Assembly (NCBI GenBank): GCA_035353995.1
Contig: DAOQAL010000001.1
Location: forward strand, 308,104-372,103
Length of the DNA: 64,000 nucleotides
Direction: 5' to 3'
Origin: Minisyncoccota bacterium
GTDB taxonomy: Bacteria > Patescibacteriota > Minisyncoccia > Phycocordibacterales > UBA9973
In this document: one piece after another, positions 1 through 7,985 of the stretch
Layout: each line of letters opens with the position of its first letter
How positions within the stretch are numbered: the stretch's first letter is position 1
Notes under the pieces: model-generated
Told to the model about the DNA's origin: nothing
Seen by the model: only the letters and a program-made list of their open reading frames with translations
The model's database searches: none
Program-made: the position numbers and the translations under genes

Positions 1-212
1 TCGACACCAATAATAGGTTTTATTCCTGCTTTTTTTGCAGATTTATAAAATTCAATCGTTGCATACATATTGCCATGGTCTGTAATAGCAAGAGCTGGCA
101 TTTTATATTTTTTAGCAAGAGCAACTAAATCATCAACCTTAGAAAGTCCATCAAGTAGGGAATAATGCGAGTGAGTATGGAGATGCACGAATTTTGCTGT
201 TTCTTTTTCCAT
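1..212 (-). CDS. dnaE: DNA polymerase III alpha subunit, N-terminal PHP domain; partial, continues past the left edge
   Basis: The minus-strand translation starts MEKETAKFVHLHTHSHYSLLDGLSKVDDLVALAKKYKMPALAITDHGNMYATIEFYKSAKKAGIKPIIGV, the classic DnaE PHP-domain start (HxH...SLLDG). The ATG lies at 210-212. Confidence 0.8.
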   Translation of the reverse strand, partial: MEKETAKFVHLHTHSHYSLLDGLSKVDDLVALAKKYKMPALAITDHGNMYATIEFYKSAKKAGIKPIIGV

Positions 213-246
213 TTTCCCTATAATAGCATATTTATTAAATATTCAT

Positions 247-936
247 TTATTTTCTTGAAAACAGATAAGTTGCAATTATGGCTGCAGTTTCACCACGAAG
301 AGTCAAGGTGCCCAAGGAAGCAATTTTAAAATTAAAAGATTTGGCTAGTTTTATTTCTTCCGGCGTCCAACCACCTTCGGGTCCTATCCAAATATTGCGT
401 TTGGATTTGTTTTCTAAAATACATGAATATTTTTCTCCATCTGCATTAAATAAAATATTAAAATCATTTTTTGTCATTTCTAATGCTTGATCAAAATTAA
501 TCGGTTCTAAAATTTCTGGAATAATATTTCTTCCAGATTGTTCAGATGCTTCTTTTGCAATTTTTTCTAATCTGTCTAATCTTAATCCAGTTTTAATTGT
601 TCTGTCAGTAATAATTGGTACTATTTTTGAAACTCCACATTCTGTTGCTTTTTGAACTACCAATTCAAAATTTTCTTTTTTTAAAATAGCACAAAAAAGA
701 GTTGCTTCGATTTCTAATGTTTGAAGTATTTTTTTATCTAAAATTTTTACTAAAACCGAATTTTTGCCGACTCTATTAATTTCAGCCATTACTGAGACTC
801 CTTTACCATTTGAAAGTTCAATTTTTTCTCCAGCTTCTAATTTTAAAACTTTTATTATCTGTGATGCTATATCACCAAAAATTTCTAATTCTGGTTTTGT
901 TAGGTCAAAATTATCTATGAATCTGTGTATTTTCAT
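247..936 (-). CDS. rsmE: 16S rRNA (uracil1498-N3)-methyltransferase RsmE
   Basis: 229 aa with the RsmE C-terminal GPEGGWTPEE motif and a PUA-like N-terminus. Confidence 0.85.
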   Translation of the reverse strand: MKIHRFIDNFDLTKPELEIFGDIASQIIKVLKLEAGEKIELSNGKGVSVMAEINRVGKNSVLVKILDKKILQTLEIEATLFCAILKKENFELVVQKATECGVSKIVPIITDRTIKTGLRLDRLEKIAKEASEQSGRNIIPEILEPINFDQALEMTKNDFNILFNADGEKYSCILENKSKRNIWIGPEGGWTPEEIKLAKSFNFKIASLGTLTLRGETAAIIATYLFSRK

Positions 937-1007
937 CTTTTAATATTAGCATTTTTAATTTTTGTATGGAATGATATAATGAATATATTAAAACTTAATT
1001 CAATATT

Positions 1008-2051
1008 ATGAACAAAATAAAAGTAGGAATAAATGGTTTTGGTCGTATAGGAAGAGCATTTTTAAAAATTGCTTGGGATAGACCAGAGATTGAAATTGTG
1101 GCTGTAAATGATTTAGGCGATGTTGCAAATATGGCTTATTTATTAAAGCATGACACTGTATATAGAAATTGGAATCATGAAATAAAAGCACAAAATCAAG
1201 AAATAATTATTGATGGAAAAAGTGTAAAAGTTTTAGCGGAAAAAGATCCGGCAAATTTGCCATGGAAAGATTTAGGTGTGGATGTAGTTGTAGAATCAAC
1301 TGGATTATTTACTTCCTATGATAAAGCAGAGGCACATATAAAAGCTGGAGCAAAGAAAGTTGTAATTTCTGCACCAGCAAAAGGTGGCCCTTCGACAAGC
1401 TCAGGGCAAGAGACGGTGCATGGTGAGACAATTTTACTTGGCGTAAATGAAGAAAAATTTGGAACTTGTGATGTGACTTCAAACGCTTCTTGTACAACAA
1501 ATGCTGCTTCTCCTCTAATAGCAATCTTGCATGAAACCTTAGGAATTGAAAAAGCAATTTTAAATACAGTTCATGGATATACAGCATCTCAAGGAATAGT
1601 AGATGGAGCAAATAAAAAAGATTTTCGAGAAGGTAGAGCAGCAGCTCAAAATATTGTTCCATCTTCAACTGGTGCAGCAATCGCTGTGACAAAAGCATTT
1701 CCAGAATTGACTGGACTTTTTGATGGAATTTCAATCAGAGTTCCTGTTCCAGCTGGTTCCATTGCAGATATAACTTTCATTTCTAAAAAGCAAACTACAG
1801 TTGAAGAAGTAAATAATATTCTTAAAAAAGCTGCACAAGATCCACGTTGGGAAAAGATTTTTGCTGTAACAGAAGAAGATTTAGTTTCATCAGATATTTT
1901 AGGAGAATCTCATGCATCAATTGCAGATTTGAAAATGACAAGAGTTGTTGGCGGAAATTTAGTAAAAGTTCTTGGTTGGTATGACAACGAAATGGGGTAC
2001 ACTTATACATTAGTAGATCATGTGATTAAGACAGGAGAAAGTATTAAATAA
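1008..2051 (+). CDS. gap: glyceraldehyde-3-phosphate dehydrogenase, type I
   Basis: INGFGRIGR NAD-binding motif, active-site SNASCTTN and the C-terminal WYDNE motif; 347 aa. Confidence 0.9.
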   Translation: MNKIKVGINGFGRIGRAFLKIAWDRPEIEIVAVNDLGDVANMAYLLKHDTVYRNWNHEIKAQNQEIIIDGKSVKVLAEKDPANLPWKDLGVDVVVESTGLFTSYDKAEAHIKAGAKKVVISAPAKGGPSTSSGQETVHGETILLGVNEEKFGTCDVTSNASCTTNAASPLIAILHETLGIEKAILNTVHGYTASQGIVDGANKKDFREGRAAAQNIVPSSTGAAIAVTKAFPELTGLFDGISIRVPVPAGSIADITFISKKQTTVEEVNNILKKAAQDPRWEKIFAVTEEDLVSSDILGESHASIADLKMTRVVGGNLVKVLGWYDNEMGYTYTLVDHVIKTGESIK

Positions 2052-2052
2052 T

Positions 2053-2538
2053 ATGAAAATATATTTAGGTGCAGATCATGCAGGTTTTGAATTAAAAGAA
2101 AAACTAAAAGTGTATTTAGGTGAGCTTGGTTATGAAGTTGAAGACAAAGGAAATTCTAAATACGAACAAGATGATGATTATCCAGATTTTATTAAAAAAG
2201 TTGCAGAGGCAGTTTCTGGAGATGTTGAAAGTAAGGGAATAATTATAGGCGGTTCAGGACAAGGTGAAGCAATTTGTGCAAATAAAATAAAAGGTATACG
2301 TGCAGTTGTTTTTTATGGACCTAAAGAACCCATTAATCCTGTTGATATAAATGGTAAGAAAAGTGTTGATACTTTTGAAATAATAAAATTATCAAGAGAA
2401 CATAATAATGCAAATATTTTGTCATTAGGTTTGCGTTTTATTACAGAAGATGAGGCAAAATTCGCAATTGAACTTTTTTTAAACACAAAATTTTCTGGTG
2501 AAGAAAGACATATTAGAAGAATAAATAAAATTGATTAA
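2053..2538 (+). CDS. rpiB: ribose-5-phosphate isomerase B (RpiB/LacA/LacB family)
   Basis: MKIYLGADHAGFELKEKL N-terminus; the 161-aa size is typical. Confidence 0.85.
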   Translation: MKIYLGADHAGFELKEKLKVYLGELGYEVEDKGNSKYEQDDDYPDFIKKVAEAVSGDVESKGIIIGGSGQGEAICANKIKGIRAVVFYGPKEPINPVDINGKKSVDTFEIIKLSREHNNANILSLGLRFITEDEAKFAIELFLNTKFSGEERHIRRINKID

Positions 2539-2540
2539 TT

Positions 2541-3239
2541 ATGGCTGATATAATTCCGGCAATTTTGCCAAAAAATTATGAAGACATGAAAAACAAAATC
2601 TCGCTTGTGCGAGGTATTGTTCCTTTAGTTCAGATTGATCTTTGTGATGGTATTTTTGTAAAAAATAAAACTTGGCCTTTTTCTTCTGGTGGTTTTCAGG
2701 ATTATAATTTTTTGAAAATTTTAAATGAAGAAGAAGGTATGCCATTTTGGGAAGACATTGATTTTGAGCTAGATTTAATGGTTGCTGATGCAGTAGAGAA
2801 TTTTGATGTTTATACAAAATTTGGTCCAAAGAAAATTATTTTTCACGTTGAGGCTGTCGGTAATTTAGAAGAATTTAAAAATTTTCTTGAAGGAATGGAT
2901 GTGTATATTAGAGATTCAATTGAAATAGGTATTGCAATAAATATAGAAACTCCGATAGAACAAATTTTTCCATTGGTAAATTATGTTGATTTTGTACAGT
3001 TTATGGGTATAAAGAAAATAGGTTTTCAAGAACAAGATTTTGATGAAAGTGTTTTAACTCAAATTAAACTCTTAAAAGAAAAATATTCTGACTTAATTAT
3101 TTCAGTAGACGGTGGAGTTAGTTTTGATAACATAACAGATATTGTAGAAGCTGGCGCAAGCCGTCTTGTTATTGGGTCAACAATTTTTAAATCAGAAGAT
3201 ATAAGACAAACTATAAATGAATTAGAAAACATTATTTAA
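2541..3239 (+). CDS. rpe: ribulose-phosphate 3-epimerase-like TIM-barrel protein, divergent with inserts
   Basis: Motifs match Rpe: IIPAIL..IDLCDGIFV (cf. IAPSIL..HxDVMDGHFV), FHVEA, GIAIN..TP, VDGGV and GSTIF. It sits between rpiB and tkt. Confidence 0.7.
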   Translation: MADIIPAILPKNYEDMKNKISLVRGIVPLVQIDLCDGIFVKNKTWPFSSGGFQDYNFLKILNEEEGMPFWEDIDFELDLMVADAVENFDVYTKFGPKKIIFHVEAVGNLEEFKNFLEGMDVYIRDSIEIGIAINIETPIEQIFPLVNYVDFVQFMGIKKIGFQEQDFDESVLTQIKLLKEKYSDLIISVDGGVSFDNITDIVEAGASRLVIGSTIFKSEDIRQTINELENII

Positions 3240-3248
3240 TTTCTAAAT

Positions 3249-4088
3249 ATGTATTTATCTGACAAAAAAATAAAAGAATTAGAAAAAAAATCTAATTGTA
3301 TAAGAAAAAGCATTATAGAAATGCTTGCAGAAGCTGGTAGTGGACATACTGCAGGATCGCTTGGTATGGCAGATATTTTTACAATTTTTTATTTTCATAT
3401 TTTAAAACACGATCCGAAAAATCCATTTTGGGAAGAACGTGATAGAGTGGTTTTATCAAATGGACATATTTGTCCAGTTCTTTATGCAACAATGGCGCAT
3501 GCTGGATATTTTCCTGTTGAAGAATTAAAAACTTTAAGAAAATTTGATAGTAGATTACAAGGACATCCGCATAGAGAATATTTACCACAAATGGAAACAT
3601 CTTCTGGTCCATTAGGTTCTGGACTTTCAGAAGCTGTTGGTATGGCATTAGCTGATAAAATTGATGGAAAGAATAAAGAAAGATTTATTTATTGTTTTAT
3701 GTCTGATGGTGAACATGATGAAGGAAATACTTGGGAGGGAATTATGCTTGCAGGAAAAAATAAATTAAATAATTTAATTGCAATTGTTGATAGAAATAAT
3801 ATTCAAATAGATGGCAATACGGAAAAAATTATGCCACTCGATTCACTTGTAAATAAATATAAAGCATTTAATTGGAATGTATTTGAAGTTGACGGACATA
3901 ATTTTAAAAAAATAAATGAAGTTATAGAAGAAGCACAAGAAGAAAAAGAAAAACCAACAGTTATAATTGCGCACACGATTCCTTGTAAGGGAATAAAAAA
4001 ATGGGAAGGAGATTTTCATTGGCATGGCAAAGCTCCAACAAAGCAAGAAGCAGAAGAAGCGTTGAAAGAATTAGAAATGAATAAATAG
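3249..4088 (+). CDS. transketolase, N-terminal subunit (split tkt; TPP-binding)
   Basis: SGHTAGSLG, GPLGSGLSEAVGMALA and DGEHDEGNTWEG motifs; 279 aa. Confidence 0.85.
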   Translation: MYLSDKKIKELEKKSNCIRKSIIEMLAEAGSGHTAGSLGMADIFTIFYFHILKHDPKNPFWEERDRVVLSNGHICPVLYATMAHAGYFPVEELKTLRKFDSRLQGHPHREYLPQMETSSGPLGSGLSEAVGMALADKIDGKNKERFIYCFMSDGEHDEGNTWEGIMLAGKNKLNNLIAIVDRNNIQIDGNTEKIMPLDSLVNKYKAFNWNVFEVDGHNFKKINEVIEEAQEEKEKPTVIIAHTIPCKGIKKWEGDFHWHGKAPTKQEAEEALKELEMNK

Positions 4089-4094
4089 TATAAA

Positions 4095-5093
4095 ATGTTA
4101 AATCCAAAATTAAAGTTAAATACAAAAATTTTTAATGCAGATGTTGAAAATATATCAACTCGCAAAGGTTTTGGAAGTGGTTTAATAAAAGTTGGAGAAA
4201 TAAATAAAAATGTTGTTGGTCTTTGTGCCGATCTAACAGAAAGTACACAGATGAATCTTTTTGCAGAAAGATTTCCAGAAAGATTTATTGAGGTTGGCGT
4301 AGCAGAACAAAACTTGGTAACAGTTGCAAGTGGTATGTCTGCAATGGGTAAAATTCCATTTTGTGCTTCATATGCAATGTTTTCTCCTGGTAGAAATTGG
4401 GAACAAATAAGAACTACGATTGCTTATAATGATAGAAAAGTTGTAATTGTAGGTAGCCATGCTGGAGTTTCAGTTGGAGCAGACGGTGGTTCTCATCAAG
4501 CTCTTGAAGATATTGCACTTATGAGAGTAATACCAAATATGGATGTTATTTCTCCATGTGATTTTATTGAAGCAAAAAAAGCAACAATTGCACTTTCTAA
4601 AACAAAAGAGCCTGCATATTTACGTTTATCTAGAGAAAAAACTCCAGTTATTACAACAGAAGAAACACCATTTGAAATAGGCAAGTCAGAAATTTATTGG
4701 ATTCCAGATGTTGGTCTTGCGGATGTGGGCATAATAGCAACAGGTAGTTTATTGTATCAAGCAATAATATCTGCAAAAGAACTAGAGGCTGAAGGTATAA
4801 AAACAAAAGTAATGAATTTATCTTCAATAAAACCAATAGACAAGGATGCAATAATTGCTCTTGCAAAAGAAACAAAAAGAATTGTAACAGTAGAAGAACA
4901 TCAAGTTGCTGGTGGAATGGGTAGCGCCGTATCGGAAATATTATCGCAACATTATCCTGTACCAATAGAATTTATTGGTGTGCAAGATAAATTCGGACAG
5001 TCTGGTACATCAAAAGAATTGATTGAACATTATGGCATGGACAAAGATTCTATAAAACAAATAGTAAGAAAAATTTTGAATAGAAAAAACTAA
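4095..5093 (+). CDS. transketolase, C-terminal subunit (pyrimidine-binding plus C-terminal domain)
   Basis: FIEVGVAEQNLV and GSHAGVSVGADGGSHQALEDIALMR motifs; the gene is adjacent to the N-terminal subunit. Confidence 0.85.
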   Translation: MLNPKLKLNTKIFNADVENISTRKGFGSGLIKVGEINKNVVGLCADLTESTQMNLFAERFPERFIEVGVAEQNLVTVASGMSAMGKIPFCASYAMFSPGRNWEQIRTTIAYNDRKVVIVGSHAGVSVGADGGSHQALEDIALMRVIPNMDVISPCDFIEAKKATIALSKTKEPAYLRLSREKTPVITTEETPFEIGKSEIYWIPDVGLADVGIIATGSLLYQAIISAKELEAEGIKTKVMNLSSIKPIDKDAIIALAKETKRIVTVEEHQVAGGMGSAVSEILSQHYPVPIEFIGVQDKFGQSGTSKELIEHYGMDKDSIKQIVRKILNRKN

Positions 5094-6082
5094 TTTATTT
5101 TTGTAGCTTTAAAATCTACTGGAGCATTTTTTAAATATTCTTCCAATTTCTCGCGAGAAAGCAAACCATCTTGAGATCCGATTTTTTGAATTACGGACAT
5201 TGAATTAACCATTCCCCAAGATAGTGATTCAAGTGGAGTTTTTCCTAAAATAAGAGCAACCATAAAAGCTGAAGACAATGCATCTCCTGCTCCTGTGCAC
5301 TCAAATGGGGGATTAGAAGTTTTGTATATATTGTAATGCCATAATTCATTATTAAAATATAAATAAGCACCATTGTGTGCATCAGTTAGTACTACAATTT
5401 TTGGTCCAAGTGCATTTATTCCTTGTGCTAATTTTAAAATATCTTTTTCTTCAATTCCTAAAATTCTTTCTGCTTCCTCAAGATTTGAAAAGAACACTTC
5501 TGTATTTGTATAAACATCTTTTAATTTTTCAGTTCCTAATTTAATTTGAAAAGTTCCAGGCTGAAATGCTAATTTAGTATTTGGATGTTTCTTAATATAT
5601 TCTATTATTTCCAATTGATAAGGAAGGGAATTGTCTGCTAATGAACTTAAATAAATCCAAGAAACATTTTTTATTTTTGGGAACTTATAATTAAATTCTG
5701 TATGTTTTACTAAAATAGTACGATCAATATCATACCAGAGAACATAATGATAATTTGTAAGTTTATTTTTTTCTTTAGTAATGTATTTTGTTTTTACTCC
5801 TTCTTTCTTTAAACATAAAAGACAATCTTTTCCATAATTATCATCACCTATATTTGCAACAAGAGCAGTATTTATTCCAAGACGTGAAGTAGAAATTGCT
5901 ACATTAGAACTATTTCCAGCAGCATTTATTATATGTAAAGATTCATAAGGAATCTTACCGCCAAAGTTCATACAAAGCTCGCATCCTTCTTTATCAATGT
6001 TGCAGTGTATGTGAGCATCTTGTAATTTAATAAAAGCGTCTACCACGATATCCCCAACTGTCAATAAATCCACTTTTTTCAT
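5090..6082 (-). CDS. PfkB-family carbohydrate kinase (ribokinase-like)
   Basis: C-terminal DTGAGDALSSAF anion-hole motif and N-terminal GG dipeptide region. The listed ORF runs to 6121, but that overlaps the next gene; an internal MKKVDLLTVGD start at 6082 seems likelier. Confidence 0.7.
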   Translation of the reverse strand: MKKVDLLTVGDIVVDAFIKLQDAHIHCNIDKEGCELCMNFGGKIPYESLHIINAAGNSSNVAISTSRLGINTALVANIGDDNYGKDCLLCLKKEGVKTKYITKEKNKLTNYHYVLWYDIDRTILVKHTEFNYKFPKIKNVSWIYLSSLADNSLPYQLEIIEYIKKHPNTKLAFQPGTFQIKLGTEKLKDVYTNTEVFFSNLEEAERILGIEEKDILKLAQGINALGPKIVVLTDAHNGAYLYFNNELWHYNIYKTSNPPFECTGAGDALSSAFMVALILGKTPLESLSWGMVNSMSVIQKIGSQDGLLSREKLEEYLKNAPVDFKATKIN

Positions 6083-6096
6083 GTTATTATTATAAC

Positions 6097-7533
6097 ATGA
6101 AAAGATTACTTTTGTTTTCATTAGTATCTCTTTTATTACTATCGTTTCGTATAGCGTTTGCGGATGTAATTATAAATGAAGTAAAATATTCTCCTACAAC
6201 AAAGCAGTGGGTTGAAATTTATAATAATACCGATTCTGATATCGATATCACTACTTATAAAATATTGGATTCGAGTGCATCAACCAATGGTCATTCTGTT
6301 GTTGCTATTGAGGGTGGTACAAACATAATTTCAGCGAATAGTTTTGGAATAATTGCCAAAGTTCCTGATGATTTTACTGGAGTTTCATTTCCTGTATTCA
6401 AGAGTTCTTTGGGGATAAAGGTATCAGGAGATGTTGTTACTCTAAAAAGTAATTCTGGAGAAACTGATTCTGTAACAATAGATGGAACTGCTATTGAAGG
6501 AAATTCTTCGCAATTAGTAAATAATTCTTGGGTATCTGCTGTACCTACTCCAGGTGGGGAAAATTCTGATAGCTCTTCTAGTTCATCTTCAAGCTCGTCA
6601 TCTGAATCTAATTCTTCCTCTAGTTCTAGTAGTAATTCTTCTGGTGGTAGTTCATCTAGTAGATCTTCTTCAAGCACAGAAGAAAAAATAATAAAAAATC
6701 CTACAATTCAATTAAAAATTTTATCAAATACATTGGCTTTTGTAGAACAGCCGTTAGCTTTGAAAGCAAACCTTATTGGATATTCAAATGAAAAATTAGT
6801 TTTAGGAAAACTATTTTGGAACTTTGGTGATGGTAGCTCGTTTGAACAAGTAAACGGTTTTGATAAATTTTCTCATACTTATTTTTATCCAGGTGAATAT
6901 GCTTTAACTGCGGAATATTTTTTAAATAAAAATCATACTGACGAACCTGATGTAGTAAATAAAACAATAATAAAAGTTATACCAATGACGGTTTCCATTT
7001 CAAAAGTTGGTGACTACAAAGATTTTTTTATAGAGCTTACAAATAATTCAAGTTATGACATAGATGTTTCTGGGTGGTATATTCGCACAAGTAAAAATAT
7101 ATTTTTCCTACCGAGAAATAGTATTATTTTGTCTAAAAGACAAATGACAATATCAAGTAAAATAACTGGTTTTATGCTAGGGGATGAAGCAGATTTAAAA
7201 TTATATATGCCCGATGGTAAATTAGTGTATGACTATAATAGTTTTCTTGTTCCAGTTAGGTCATCATATAAAACAAACAATTCTATTAAAAATTCCGATC
7301 AGGAAATAGATAATACAACAATATCTCTAAGTAGTTTCGAAGAACCAGTCATGGCAGAAAATTTATTAGCAAATTCATTATCTAGTGGAAATGTAGAAAG
7401 TGAGAAAAACAATTCTATATTTTTATGGGCATTTGTTTTATTTTTATTTATTTCAGGATTAATTGTATATTTTATTCGTCACAAAAAAGAAAAATTGAAA
7501 ACTGGAGACGATTTTGCTATACTAGACGAATAA
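6097..7533 (+). CDS. secreted protein with two lamin-tail domains, a Ser-rich linker and a C-terminal TM anchor
   Basis: Signal peptide. Two LTD signatures, INEVKYSPTTKQWVEIYN and FFIELTNNSSYDIDVSGWYIR. A poly-Ser tract, a PKD-like FGDGS motif and a C-terminal hydrophobic helix followed by RHKKEK. Confidence 0.7.
   Translation: MKRLLLFSLVSLLLLSFRIAFADVIINEVKYSPTTKQWVEIYNNTDSDIDITTYKILDSSASTNGHSVVAIEGGTNIISANSFGIIAKVPDDFTGVSFPVFKSSLGIKVSGDVVTLKSNSGETDSVTIDGTAIEGNSSQLVNNSWVSAVPTPGGENSDSSSSSSSSSSSESNSSSSSSSNSSGGSSSSRSSSSTEEKIIKNPTIQLKILSNTLAFVEQPLALKANLIGYSNEKLVLGKLFWNFGDGSSFEQVNGFDKFSHTYFYPGEYALTAEYFLNKNHTDEPDVVNKTIIKVIPMTVSISKVGDYKDFFIELTNNSSYDIDVSGWYIRTSKNIFFLPRNSIILSKRQMTISSKITGFMLGDEADLKLYMPDGKLVYDYNSFLVPVRSSYKTNNSIKNSDQEIDNTTISLSSFEEPVMAENLLANSLSSGNVESEKNNSIFLWAFVLFLFISGLIVYFIRHKKEKLKTGDDFAILDE
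6565..6678 (+). repeat. low-complexity poly-Ser/Asn coding tract (AGC/TCT/AGT runs)
   Basis: It encodes SSSSSSSSSSESNSSSSSSSNSSGGSSSSRSSSS. Confidence 0.8.
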
Positions 7534-7554
7534 TTATAAATAATTTTTTAATTT

Positions 7555-7770
7555 ATGTTCAAAAACTTTTTACTTAAGAAAATGCTTAGGAAGCAAGGTG
7601 TGCCAGATGCTCAAATTGATATGGTTATAAATATGGTGGAAAAAAATCCAGATCTTTTTAAGAAGATTGCAGATGAAATTCAATCAAAAATAAAAAGTGG
7701 TATGGATCAGCAAACAGCTTCTATAGAAGTTATGAAAAAATATGAAGATGAACTAAGAAAATTATCTTAG
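7555..7770 (+). CDS. hypothetical small protein, 71 aa
   Basis: The only support is an ORF with a plausible start; no motif recognised. Confidence 0.3.
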   Translation: MFKNFLLKKMLRKQGVPDAQIDMVINMVEKNPDLFKKIADEIQSKIKSGMDQQTASIEVMKKYEDELRKLS

Positions 7771-7853
7771 TATTTTTCTAAAAATATTGATAAAATTACA
7801 TTTTACCTTACAAAATAAGGCTCTTTTTATCCACATGTTATGAACTTTTTTCA

Positions 7854-7881
7854 TTGATTTGTCAAAATATAGGCATAGAAT
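7854..7881 (+). promoter_or_regulatory. candidate sigma70-like promoter (TTGATT, 16 nt spacer, TAGAAT) upstream of the 863-aa surface protein gene
   Basis: Hexamer match in a 215-bp intergenic region. The background is AT-rich, so a chance match is possible. Confidence 0.3.
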
Positions 7882-7985
7882 AAAACCGAAATATAGTGGA
7901 CCAGAAAATTTAAAAGACTAGTAAGGTTTTTCGTCTATTCCTTACTGTCTATCTTGTGTAGTAATTATTAATCTAAATTAATATT

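Noticed and set aside
1309-1734. 141-aa minus-strand ORF inside gap, and similar antisense ORFs inside tkt, murJ (41991-42665) and lepA (46006-46479)
   Set aside because: These are Leu/Lys-rich shadow ORFs of AT-rich coding sequence, opposite well-supported genes.
6083-6121. Upstream extension of the PfkB kinase ORF that would overlap the LTD gene start
   Set aside because: An internal Met (MKKVDLLTVGD) gives a conventional kinase N-terminus and removes the 25-nt antisense overlap. The longer start is not excluded.
7771-7985. Hairpin agtaagg(n13)ccttact in the leader of the 863-aa gene, as a possible riboswitch or attenuator
   Set aside because: It is a single 7-bp stem with a large loop and no recognisable riboswitch consensus, so the evidence is insufficient.
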